Positions 1-8,814 of a DNA stretch of 52,458 nucleotides are shown here, piece by piece. The position numbers were made by a program, and so were the translations under genes. The stretch's first letter is position 1. Each line of letters starts with the position of its first letter. The stretch comes from Promethearchaeota archaeon (GTDB lineage: Archaea; Asgardarchaeota; Lokiarchaeia; Sigyniarchaeales; SOKP01), in NCBI GenBank assembly GCA_048939015.1, contig JBHLPW010000038.1:1-52458 (forward strand), written 5' to 3'. Below the pieces are notes generated by a model. That model saw only the letters and a list, made by a program, of their open reading frames with translations. It was not told the origin of the DNA and did no database searches.

Positions 1-1
1 C

Positions 2-913
2 TTCAATATGAGATGGCTGACTGATTACAAACCCTAACATTGATTCAGATATTGGTATGAATTTATCGAATTTTCCTTTGAAATTATTTTTAATTTTATC
101 TAATAAAAGTTTTTTAATAACCTGTGACTTTCCAATCTTTATATATTTGATATATTTAAAAAAGTCAGTATCGATCATTTCGCGATAAATGGATTTGTTC
201 AAATCATAAATAACAGTAGCAGGAAAGAAACATTCATCTCTCCATTTGTAAATTGAATGTCTTTTATATTGGCTCAAATCAAATATATTATCAAAAAATT
301 TTGTGATAGTTAGCTTCTCTCTATTAATCAATCCTTCTTCTCCAAAAACCTGATCCATATAAATATCTTTAAAATGTACATACACTTCAAGATCTTCAAA
401 AGTTTCCTTCAGATCTGCGATTTTATTTTTTGGAATTTTGCCTAATGAATCATCCCAATAAAGGAGTAAATTAAAAATGCTTTTATAATTTTTAAAATAG
501 ATATAAAGATCTCCTTGAGATAGATCCTTTTTTAAATCATCATTATCTTTACTCTGTTTAATTGCTATATCAATATCTATAATTTCAAAAAGCTTTTTCA
601 AAAATTCAAGAAATTTTATAAAATTCTCAAAATCACCAACAGAGGGGGGGAATATATGCCGAATAGCATTAGGGCTAGCTGATTTTAATATAGTAAAATT
701 ATTCATAAATAAAAATTGAATTATTAATTTTGGAAATTTGTTTGTAGGATCTCGTATATTTACAATTTCTTTAAATGGCGTGTCATCAGATATGGTGAAT
801 TTTTGGTTAGAGAGTCTTTTCATCTCTTTGATTATTGGTGTATCCTCATAGTATCCATAAAATTCTTTAAGGGAAGCTATAATTGGTTTCATATAATTCA
901 ATTTATCTATCAT
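2..913 (-). CDS. Hypothetical protein, truncated by the window edge (>=304 aa)
   Basis: Hand translation from ATG at 913 (MIDKLNYMKPIIASLKEFYGYYEDTP...) stays open to position 2 in very AT-rich DNA. Absent from the ORF track because no stop lies in the window. No motif recognised. Confidence 0.8.
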   Translation of the reverse strand, partial: MIDKLNYMKPIIASLKEFYGYYEDTPIIKEMKRLSNQKFTISDDTPFKEIVNIRDPTNKFPKLIIQFLFMNNFTILKSASPNAIRHIFPPSVGDFENFIKFLEFLKKLFEIIDIDIAIKQSKDNDDLKKDLSQGDLYIYFKNYKSIFNLLLYWDDSLGKIPKNKIADLKETFEDLEVYVHFKDIYMDQVFGEEGLINREKLTITKFFDNIFDLSQYKRHSIYKWRDECFFPATVIYDLNKSIYREMIDTDFFKYIKYIKIGKSQVIKKLLLDKIKNNFKGKFDKFIPISESMLGFVISQPSHIE

Positions 914-1077
914 TTCAAATCATAAATCTTCTTTGTGTCTATTATAATAATAGTTGGATGAATTATTAAACTTTTGGTGATTTATCTTATAATTTATATT
1001 AAAAATCACAACATTTAAATATGTAGTTTTTTCTTATATTTTATAAACTTAATCAACAAAAATAATAAAATTAAAAA

Positions 1078-1647
1078 GTGATAATTATGTGTTTAGAGAC
1101 TAGTTTAGTTAAAAATCCTTATCTAAAAGATATTCATGTCTATATTGATGGAAGTAATATAGCTTACTCGCGCTTTAATGAGCTTCAAAAACCAGTTTTA
1201 TCAGACTTATTATTGGTTTATGACTATTTGGTAAAAATTTTGAAATTTAAACAAGAAAATATTCATTGTATTTGTGATCCTGCCCTCAAGTATTATATTG
1301 ATAAGCCTATTGATTACCGAGGGCTAATTAGAGAGGGTGTAATTATTGAAGCACCGAAACTAGCAGATGAATTTATTCTTAGCTTCGCCCTTAAACATGA
1401 TACTTGTTTTATTATTTCAAATGATAAATTTAGAGATTACATTGAACAATTACCAAGTAGACAGTGGTTAGAAGAAAGAAGAATAAGCTTCATGATAATT
1501 AACGAAGAAGTCTGTTTAAGTCCAAACATAGATTATACTAAAATTACTGATTTTTTTTTATATAGACAATCTGATTCACCAGAAGTAACTACTATAGATA
1601 TTTTAAAGCAAATTGAAAGATCTGAAGGAGAATTAAATCTATTTTAA
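1078..1647 (+). CDS. NYN/PIN-domain ribonuclease, Zc3h12a (Regnase)-like
   Basis: Motifs VYIDGSNIA, ICD, ADEFILSFA and IISNDKFRDY supply the conserved acidic residues of the Zc3h12a-like NYN family. The true start may be ATG at 1087. Confidence 0.85.
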   Translation: MIIMCLETSLVKNPYLKDIHVYIDGSNIAYSRFNELQKPVLSDLLLVYDYLVKILKFKQENIHCICDPALKYYIDKPIDYRGLIREGVIIEAPKLADEFILSFALKHDTCFIISNDKFRDYIEQLPSRQWLEERRISFMIINEEVCLSPNIDYTKITDFFLYRQSDSPEVTTIDILKQIERSEGELNLF

Positions 1648-1669
1648 ATCACAAAAAGGAGGTGAAAAA

Positions 1670-3973
1670 ATGGTCGAAAAAGAAAAAAAATCTGTTAGTA
1701 ATTTGTTAGATAAACAATATGGAAAAATAAATTATAGTGGAAGACGCGGAAGAGCTATTCATGAAGCTTATTCTAAATATTACAAGAAAATATTTAAAAC
1801 CCCAGATCGAAATAGAAAACTTAATTATCGAGTATTTAGTGAAAGACTAACAAAGGCAAAAGCGGATATATTAGTCAATATCAAAATGAATTCTGATTTT
1901 GAGCTTTACCATGAGGATGTAAAAGTACTCCTAAATAGCTTGCATAAAGAGATACGAAAAGTAGCAAAACAGCTGGCAAAAGAGAACTATTGTATAATAG
2001 TACCAAAAGATATTGAAATTGAGCTTTTTGGTGGAGAATCTTCATTTGAAGTTGAAGCTATAGGGAAGATTGGAGGATTAGAAATCCCTGCTCAACTTGA
2101 TTGCCTAATTGAAATTGATTCAGAAAACTTTATTGTCAGAGACTTTAAATCTTATGATCGGGAAAATGAGGATGATCCAATGAATCCTAAGTCACAACAT
2201 CATCGAGCCTTTATGCAGGTATGCCTATATGCAATAATTTTCGAAAAGTTTAGATATCAGAGATGTAAAACTATTCAGTTAGCATACTTTCCAAATAAGA
2301 TAATATCTTATGACTTTACTGATGAGTTAAAAGAAGTTGCTAAAAGATTCGCAATGGACACTGCTTTTGATGGTTTTGAAGGTATTAACTTTCAATTTTC
2401 TATAGTTGATGAAAATCAAATAGAAGAGCAAGTAGCTATCGGTAGAACTACTGCTACTACACCCCCAGAGTTTCCAAGTGTTGAACAAACTTCTGATTTT
2501 CATGATGATGACAGTTTAGGTTGGATTAACACAATCAAAGGAAAACCACTACAACTTATAATGGGTCAGGATAATAAAATGGAGGGCTTTTTGTATCCTA
2601 ATAAGGCACACCGAATAAAAGTGGGCTACTGTGTTATAGTAGAAAAAGAAGATGATGGTGTTAGAATCATGTGCATTACAAAAAAAATTGAATGTTCTGA
2701 AGACTGTTTTCCAGGAGAAACTTCAAGCCATAAAGAAGAAAATTATAAAATTACGTTGATTCCAGAAGGTCAATTTACTCCAGAAGGATATCATGACTTA
2801 TTACCACAAACCGTTATTGGTGGAAAAATTAAAATTCCCACAAACGAAGAATTCTGTGAATTTAAGAAGATACCTCAAAATGGACTATCAATCGGTAATA
2901 TTCAAGGTTTGAACACAGGAATACCATATCCACTTGAAATTAAAACATTGTATCAGAGTGTATTTATGAGTGGTCAACAAGGTACTGGAAAAACTTCTTC
3001 ACTAAAATCAATGGCGCTACAAATAGCCCAAGTTATGAATGCACCCGCACAAATCATACTTGATAACGAAGGAGAATATAGTGATTTGAGAGATATTCCT
3101 ACGAATAAAAACGCTGAATATGTAATGAGAACGCACGGAATTAAAGAACTTGAACTCGGACATTTTCGCTTGATAAATATAGACACGAAAGGGGGCTATT
3201 GTCTAACATTGAAAGCAATAGATCCTGTTGATTTGCCCTATTTTCTACACGAGTTAACAGCGATCTCTCATGACACATTACAAACGATTATCTATGATAT
3301 AATTGAAGATCATAAGGAACAAGATTTTACATTGCTAGAATTAGTGAAATTAATCATAAAATACATGGAAAACAAAAAGTATGGAGCTACTGATGGAACT
3401 AAAAAGGCAATAATGAGAGCCATGACCTCGATCTCTCTAAGAATCTTTGATGTACCTGGTGTGAAACCAATTGATTTTGAATCAATTTTAGTCTCTGGAA
3501 GAGTGACCGTAATCAATACCTATAACCTACGCGATTCTCATCAGAGAATTGTTGGTCTTTATCTTTTAGCAATGCTTCATAAAAGAGCTTTAAAAGGCAA
3601 AGAGAAAATCAACGTGGTGTTTTTCTTAGATGAAATTCAAAGATTAATACCAAAATCAAAATCAACATCTGATTCAGAATATCAGAAGCGTATAATTAAA
3701 TTCTTAGATGAAGTGGTACATCGAGGCAGAAAAAGAGATTATGGTGTTGTATTTGCTACTCAGAGTGTCTCTGATGTGAAGAAAGAAATCATTGATTTAT
3801 GTAATACTAAAGTTTTCTTTCAGACCCAGGGAAGCGGAATCAATTACATAAAGGAGTATTTCAGTAACAAGGAAGATTTGGAGCGATTGAAAAAGCTTCC
3901 AGTAGGACAAGCTTTCATTACCAGTAAAGGCAAGCATGAACCAGTCGAAGTTAAATTTCCTAATATAAACTAA
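1670..3973 (+). CDS. PD-(D/E)XK nuclease fused to a HAS-barrel/HerA (FtsK-HerA superfamily) ATPase
   Basis: N-terminal GRAIHE, EIEL, QLDCL, RDFKS and QVCLYA match RecB-type nuclease motifs. C-terminal Walker A GQQGTGKT, Walker B VVFFLDEIQ, and RGRKRDYGVVFATQS are typical of HerA. Strong SD AGGAGGTG upstream. Confidence 0.88.
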   Translation: MVEKEKKSVSNLLDKQYGKINYSGRRGRAIHEAYSKYYKKIFKTPDRNRKLNYRVFSERLTKAKADILVNIKMNSDFELYHEDVKVLLNSLHKEIRKVAKQLAKENYCIIVPKDIEIELFGGESSFEVEAIGKIGGLEIPAQLDCLIEIDSENFIVRDFKSYDRENEDDPMNPKSQHHRAFMQVCLYAIIFEKFRYQRCKTIQLAYFPNKIISYDFTDELKEVAKRFAMDTAFDGFEGINFQFSIVDENQIEEQVAIGRTTATTPPEFPSVEQTSDFHDDDSLGWINTIKGKPLQLIMGQDNKMEGFLYPNKAHRIKVGYCVIVEKEDDGVRIMCITKKIECSEDCFPGETSSHKEENYKITLIPEGQFTPEGYHDLLPQTVIGGKIKIPTNEEFCEFKKIPQNGLSIGNIQGLNTGIPYPLEIKTLYQSVFMSGQQGTGKTSSLKSMALQIAQVMNAPAQIILDNEGEYSDLRDIPTNKNAEYVMRTHGIKELELGHFRLINIDTKGGYCLTLKAIDPVDLPYFLHELTAISHDTLQTIIYDIIEDHKEQDFTLLELVKLIIKYMENKKYGATDGTKKAIMRAMTSISLRIFDVPGVKPIDFESILVSGRVTVINTYNLRDSHQRIVGLYLLAMLHKRALKGKEKINVVFFLDEIQRLIPKSKSTSDSEYQKRIIKFLDEVVHRGRKRDYGVVFATQSVSDVKKEIIDLCNTKVFFQTQGSGINYIKEYFSNKEDLERLKKLPVGQAFITSKGKHEPVEVKFPNIN

Positions 3974-3981
3974 TTTTTTTT

Positions 3982-5640
3982 TCAATTTTTTTGTTTTCTA
4001 GCATCAATTTCACTAGGTGATAAGAGCTTTTTTTCACCATTTTTTCGCATATAGACTCTTAAACTTCCATCAGATGTCTTAAACCAACTTATATCTCCAA
4101 AGTTAGACGAGATTTTTATCCTAATAATTGATTTTCCTTTGTATATTCTTGAATCTATTCTGTAATTATCTTTACCTAAATAATTAAAACATCTCTGTCT
4201 TATCTCTCGCTTTAATTGATCTAAAGTCTTATTTGTCTGGTTAAGATATGGTTCTAAACCAATTATTTTTGCAGTACTTTTTTTTGATTCATCAATACCA
4301 ATAAAAATATAACCTCCTCCTGCGTTTTCGAAAGAATTGATATGACCATAAATGTCATTACCAGATCCATCACCCTTAGTTGTTTCATTAGGAATTGATT
4401 TGAATTCAATATTATAATCTTCTCCCCCTTTTTCTTCAGCATCTAATATTGTTTTGATCCATTGTTCAACAGAGGGTTCAAAAGGTTTAATTTCATCAAA
4501 AATAGAATCTTCAGAGAACATCTCTAAAATATCATCTAACTCTTTTCTTATTAAATCATAAGTAATAGGTAGGGCATTATGACTATAGATTTCTGAGGTT
4601 AAAACATTGTCTGAAGTAATAAAAGTTCTTAAAAGAATCGAATCTTCGATAAATGAATTTATGGAAGAATACTGAATTGCATACAAATGTTTTGCAGGAT
4701 AATATTCTCCAATTTCTTCTTCGATTAATTTAAATTCATTGCTTTTTTCTTCATTCAAGCTCTCATATATGAAAAGAACTTTAACATCTTCTCCTCTTTC
4801 ATTATTGTAATATTTTTGAGTATAAGCAGTGATTTTTATAGGTTGTTTAGAATACAGAAAAAATGAATTTCTAATACGAGGAAAATTATCTATTATTAGT
4901 TTTGGATAATATTCCAAAAAATCTTCCATAATTTTTTTTAAAAATTTTATTTTTTGGCTAATAGAATACAATTCTGATTGTTTGTAACCTTTTCGTTTCC
5001 TCTTAGGACCATTTAGCAATGCATCAAGTGTAATATCAGCTTGGGGTAAATTAACAGTATAAATTGGAGTTGGATTTTTAAATTTAAAATTGCTAAAAAA
5101 GAAATCAAGATCTTCTCTTAAAAAATCTATAGCTGTACCTGCTATTCCACGATATATTTTAGAAGAGGGAGAACGAAAAAAAATTCCCTTTCTATCTCTT
5201 TCTACCTCATATTTTCTATTATAATTATAAATTAATCTAGGAGCAGAATTTCCACGCTTAATTACAATGTCTTTCATTGTGGGAAAAAATAATGTTCTAA
5301 CAGATTCATAAATATCTAATTCTTTTTGAGCTAAATGAAATTGTTCTTTATATTTGTTTTTTGGATCAATATTTACCTCTATTGATAATTCTCCATAAAT
5401 ATATAATATTGCATGTGGAATTTTTGATACAATTTCGTTTTCAAAATAATCACATAATTCTTCTTCAGATGGAATACATTTAGGATCTTCTCTAAGGTTA
5501 GGACCTATTATAATACGTGAATGTAATTGATATGTCTTATTTTTAAAAATGAATGTCCCATTACTCATCTGAATTAAATTATCAGTTATTGTCTTAAAAA
5601 GATCTTTCATATTACTTAATTTTATATCAGACATCTTCAA
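3982..5640 (-). CDS. Protein with a C-terminal Schlafen/AlbA_2 domain
   Basis: C-terminal EDYNIEFKS...INSFENAGGGYIFIGIDE...IIGL...VYMRKNG pattern of AlbA_2. The ~400-aa N-terminal region is unrecognised. Confidence 0.8.
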   Translation of the reverse strand: MKMSDIKLSNMKDLFKTITDNLIQMSNGTFIFKNKTYQLHSRIIIGPNLREDPKCIPSEEELCDYFENEIVSKIPHAILYIYGELSIEVNIDPKNKYKEQFHLAQKELDIYESVRTLFFPTMKDIVIKRGNSAPRLIYNYNRKYEVERDRKGIFFRSPSSKIYRGIAGTAIDFLREDLDFFFSNFKFKNPTPIYTVNLPQADITLDALLNGPKRKRKGYKQSELYSISQKIKFLKKIMEDFLEYYPKLIIDNFPRIRNSFFLYSKQPIKITAYTQKYYNNERGEDVKVLFIYESLNEEKSNEFKLIEEEIGEYYPAKHLYAIQYSSINSFIEDSILLRTFITSDNVLTSEIYSHNALPITYDLIRKELDDILEMFSEDSIFDEIKPFEPSVEQWIKTILDAEEKGGEDYNIEFKSIPNETTKGDGSGNDIYGHINSFENAGGGYIFIGIDESKKSTAKIIGLEPYLNQTNKTLDQLKREIRQRCFNYLGKDNYRIDSRIYKGKSIIRIKISSNFGDISWFKTSDGSLRVYMRKNGEKKLLSPSEIDARKQKN

Positions 5641-5679
5641 TTCTTTTCTTTTTCGTTAAATCTACACTTTAAACCCTTT

Positions 5680-5811
5680 TTATTTTTTAGAACTCTTATC
5701 TGCAGCACTCATAGAACGTGATTTAAACCCCTTATCGCCTTTTGAGCCTTTCTTATCTTGACTTGATTGAATCCTTCTTGCGGCTTTTTGAGTCATTTTA
5801 CTTTTTGCCAT
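5680..5811 (-). CDS. Small basic hydrophilic protein (43 aa), SMP/LEA-like
   Basis: ATG at 5811 follows a strong SD (AAAAGGTGGTGG). Translation MAKSKMTQKAARRIQSSQDKKGSKGDKGFKSRSMSAADKSSKK. The MT..AA.RIQS...GF..R..SAA pattern recalls small SMP-domain-like proteins. Below the ORF-track cutoff. Confidence 0.75.
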   Translation of the reverse strand: MAKSKMTQKAARRIQSSQDKKGSKGDKGFKSRSMSAADKSSKK

Positions 5812-5844
5812 TTAATTACCACCACCTTTTATATTATTTTTACA

Positions 5845-6258
5845 TTATCTTTTTGTAAGTTTGCCACATTTAGGGCACTTATACCAATTAAACTCCTTTA
5901 GAAGAGTCATTGCTTTCTTGCATTTTATACAATAAATCCCTGATGTTTTATTTTTATTGACATTTTTTGGAGATTCTAATTTTAATATTGGTTTATTTCT
6001 CGAGAAATTTTTTAATGGTTTTAACTGAAAAACAGTTGCTCCATTATCAGAGAAGTCTTTACTGATAATTATATGCCCATTCTGAGTAGCATCGTTTAAA
6101 AATCCCTCTGAACGAAGATAGTCTCTTATCTTAGTACCATGTTTATATCCATGTATTATTTCCAAACTATTATCTCCAATTTCCTTACATTCATCAAATT
6201 TAAACATTATTTCATCTATTGCGTCTTTTAGAAAAAGATTATGCACATCTAATTTCAT
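5845..6258 (-). CDS. Smr/MutS2-domain protein with C-terminal Zn ribbon
   Basis: KLDVH...LEIIHGYKHG is Smr-like; C-terminal CIKC...CPKCG. Confidence 0.75.
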   Translation of the reverse strand: MKLDVHNLFLKDAIDEIMFKFDECKEIGDNSLEIIHGYKHGTKIRDYLRSEGFLNDATQNGHIIISKDFSDNGATVFQLKPLKNFSRNKPILKLESPKNVNKNKTSGIYCIKCKKAMTLLKEFNWYKCPKCGKLTKR

Positions 6259-6586
6259 TTCGCTAAGGTTTATTACTTATTGTATAAAATTGGTCAATTT
6301 TGTTTATATCTATTTTGATTTCCAATCTATATAAATTTTAGTGTATAGTCTAAAATCTCTTATATAGTGAAAGAATTATTTATTTAGATTCAAAATCCGA
6401 TAATTAAAGACTCAAGATTCTGACAAAAACCTAAGTTTAAATTCGTATTGGAGAAATAAGCTCGGGTGATTTTAAGTGGAAACTCAGAAATTCGAAAATT
6501 GCAGTTTATGGGCTCGATCTTTGGAATTAGAATAATCTTTTATTAAAATAAGAAATTTTTACAATTTCAAACCATTATATATATTA

Positions 6587-7360
6587 ATGAAACTCAATGA
6601 TATTGAAATTAAAGAGCGAATTAAATTGCTTGAAGAATATAAAGAAAATCTTCAACTAATTAAAAACAATCTTCATAATGAAGATAAACTTAATGAAATT
6701 CATGAATTTATACTATCCAAATCAGGAATAATTCAGTCTTATCTTGAAGATATTGGATATAAGGTTGATAATAATTTTTTAAGTAAAGCACTAAACTTTA
6801 CAAGTATTCCATCATATTTTTTTGCTTTATCAACAAAACAAGAAACTATAGTAGATATTTATTTCTCAAAACCTATTACAATTCTAGCTCAATATATTGA
6901 TAGGTACAGGAAATATAAAGATGTTAATAATATATATCTTCAAACTGGTTCAATTCTTGAACTGGAAAAAATATTAATTAAAAATATATATGAACAAGTC
7001 TTAAAGAATCCAGATTTGTATCATTCTTCCTCTCGAAGTATTTCAAATTCACGTAAGAGAGCTGTCAAAATACGAGATCAATACCAATGTCAGTTATGTC
7101 AAAAAATTTTTGAAGAAGATAATTTAGTAATTGATCACATATTTCCATTTAGTCTAGGTGGCTCAAATGAAAAGATTAATTTAATGAGTTTATGTAAAAA
7201 ATGTAATGATGATAAAGGAAAAAGACTTGATTATTATAGGAGTGAGGAAGGGAGAATAAAATTAGAGGAAAACATTCAATCTTTTGTAAGAGACTTATTG
7301 ATTATTCAAAACTTTGGAAAATGGTTGAAAAGAGCAGGAAATGCTCGAGGTAACACTTAA
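6587..7360 (+). CDS. HNH endonuclease
   Basis: VKIRDQYQCQLC...IDHIFPFSLGGSNEKINLMSLCKKCNDDKG is a canonical McrA-type HNH motif. Confidence 0.9.
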   Translation: MKLNDIEIKERIKLLEEYKENLQLIKNNLHNEDKLNEIHEFILSKSGIIQSYLEDIGYKVDNNFLSKALNFTSIPSYFFALSTKQETIVDIYFSKPITILAQYIDRYRKYKDVNNIYLQTGSILELEKILIKNIYEQVLKNPDLYHSSSRSISNSRKRAVKIRDQYQCQLCQKIFEEDNLVIDHIFPFSLGGSNEKINLMSLCKKCNDDKGKRLDYYRSEEGRIKLEENIQSFVRDLLIIQNFGKWLKRAGNARGNT

Positions 7361-7730
7361 TCGATATAAAGTTTTGAATATATTAAATATCTCATAGATA
7401 AAAACAAGACTGTACAAAAAATACGAGACAAAGTTTATTAGAGATTATTGAAATTCTCTCAGATGCAAGGTTTAAAATATTTAAAGATGTAAGAAAAGCT
7501 AAAGATTAATTCCATTTTAACAGAAAATAAAGAATAATAATAATTCGAACAACATTAAAAAATTGAGCACTCAAGGATTTAAAATCTTTTTATTTATAAG
7601 TATCTATTGTATAATTCAGATTTGGGAACTTTCAAAAAAAAGAAATCTCCGGTTTTTTGAAATAGAAATTTTTTATTTATAAATGATTGACAGATCTTTT
7701 TTACAAACTTAAAACAAGGAGTTTGGAAAA

Positions 7731-8363
7731 ATGACTGAAATCGAACAAAGTAATACAATTAAGTCTGGTTTTCAAAATGAACTGTTCCAACAATTAGAGG
7801 GACTATTCGAAGTATATTTATTAAAAGATATTCGTGAAAAATTAAGAAAAAAGCTTAAAACCTTGGAAAAAATGATAAAGGGAGAAATTAACACAAAATT
7901 TGCCAACAAATTAGAAGCTTTTAAAATAATTTCTACAGAAAAAAATCATAAATTTAAAGAGCTTATGTTAAGACTTGAACCAAGGTATAACATTTTCAAA
8001 TTAGTGAGAGAGCTTAAAAATAACCAACAATACCTCAATAATCTCGATAAGGAGAGAAGGAAGCGACATGTTGATGCAGATCAATATGAGATTACTAAGG
8101 GGTATTATCTCCAGAAATTGATTGATATACATGAATCAGTTGACCAATTGAAAGAAGGTGCAATAACTTATTATCAAAAATTAAAAGGTGATTTAATTAT
8201 GCTTGAAGATCGTCGTATTAGATTAACTACAGAGAAGCTGAGAAAAAAAATAACTAAAGAAGAATTCAAGGATAAATCTAATGGGATTGAGGTCTTAAAA
8301 CATAATTTAGAAGAGAAGTTGGCTTTCTTAAAAGTAGAAATTATTGATTTAGAAATTGAATAA
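7731..8363 (+). CDS. Coiled-coil hypothetical protein
   Basis: K/E/L-rich helical sequence with SD AAGGAG upstream; no catalytic motif. Confidence 0.7.
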   Translation: MTEIEQSNTIKSGFQNELFQQLEGLFEVYLLKDIREKLRKKLKTLEKMIKGEINTKFANKLEAFKIISTEKNHKFKELMLRLEPRYNIFKLVRELKNNQQYLNNLDKERRKRHVDADQYEITKGYYLQKLIDIHESVDQLKEGAITYYQKLKGDLIMLEDRRIRLTTEKLRKKITKEEFKDKSNGIEVLKHNLEEKLAFLKVEIIDLEIE

Positions 8364-8382
8364 AGAAGGGAGGTAAAATTGA

Positions 8383-8736
8383 ATGGTAAAATATTATAAG
8401 CATAATAGAACAATAAAACTCTTAACATTATTTGGAGGACTCTCCAGTTTACTTTATTGTTTATTTCAAATATCAACTACAACTGAGTTAATTACATGGT
8501 ATCTTATCTTTGGGTTCGATAGATTTGTACATAATCTTATTGGTATGATATTTGCAGCATTGACGTTATTTACTGCCTTTAAACCTTATGATCCACTTCC
8601 ACGACATTGGCTTCTTCTTTTAGTATTTGGAATACTAACCATTATTTTCAGTTGGATAATAGCAGGAGTATTAGTAATAGCTAGTGCTATAGTATGTCTC
8701 TATGATGATATTTTTAAGAAAAAAACCTTTTTTTGA
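8383..8736 (+). CDS. Small integral membrane protein
   Basis: About 3-4 hydrophobic segments; SD GGGAGGT upstream. Confidence 0.7.
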   Translation: MVKYYKHNRTIKLLTLFGGLSSLLYCLFQISTTTELITWYLIFGFDRFVHNLIGMIFAALTLFTAFKPYDPLPRHWLLLLVFGILTIIFSWIIAGVLVIASAIVCLYDDIFKKKTFF

Positions 8737-8814
8737 TTTTTTTTTTCATAACTAATTTTTCTTTATAAATAAGTGCAAGTATAATTTTCTAAAATTAAAT
8801 TTATAGAATTAAAA

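Noticed and set aside
1670-2400. Cas4/CRISPR adaptation interpretation of the nuclease domain
   Set aside because: No Cas4 four-Cys pattern, no cas genes and no repeat-spacer array anywhere in the window.
2974-3985. Minus-strand ORFs 2974-3186, 3310-3516, 3797-3985
   Set aside because: Antisense shadows of the well-supported HerA gene; no motifs.
7361-7540. Coding-like stretch after the HNH gene (FEYIKYLIDKNK... / EIIEILSDARFK...)
   Set aside because: Broken by stops in each frame and no recognisable homology; possible decayed gene but unsupported.
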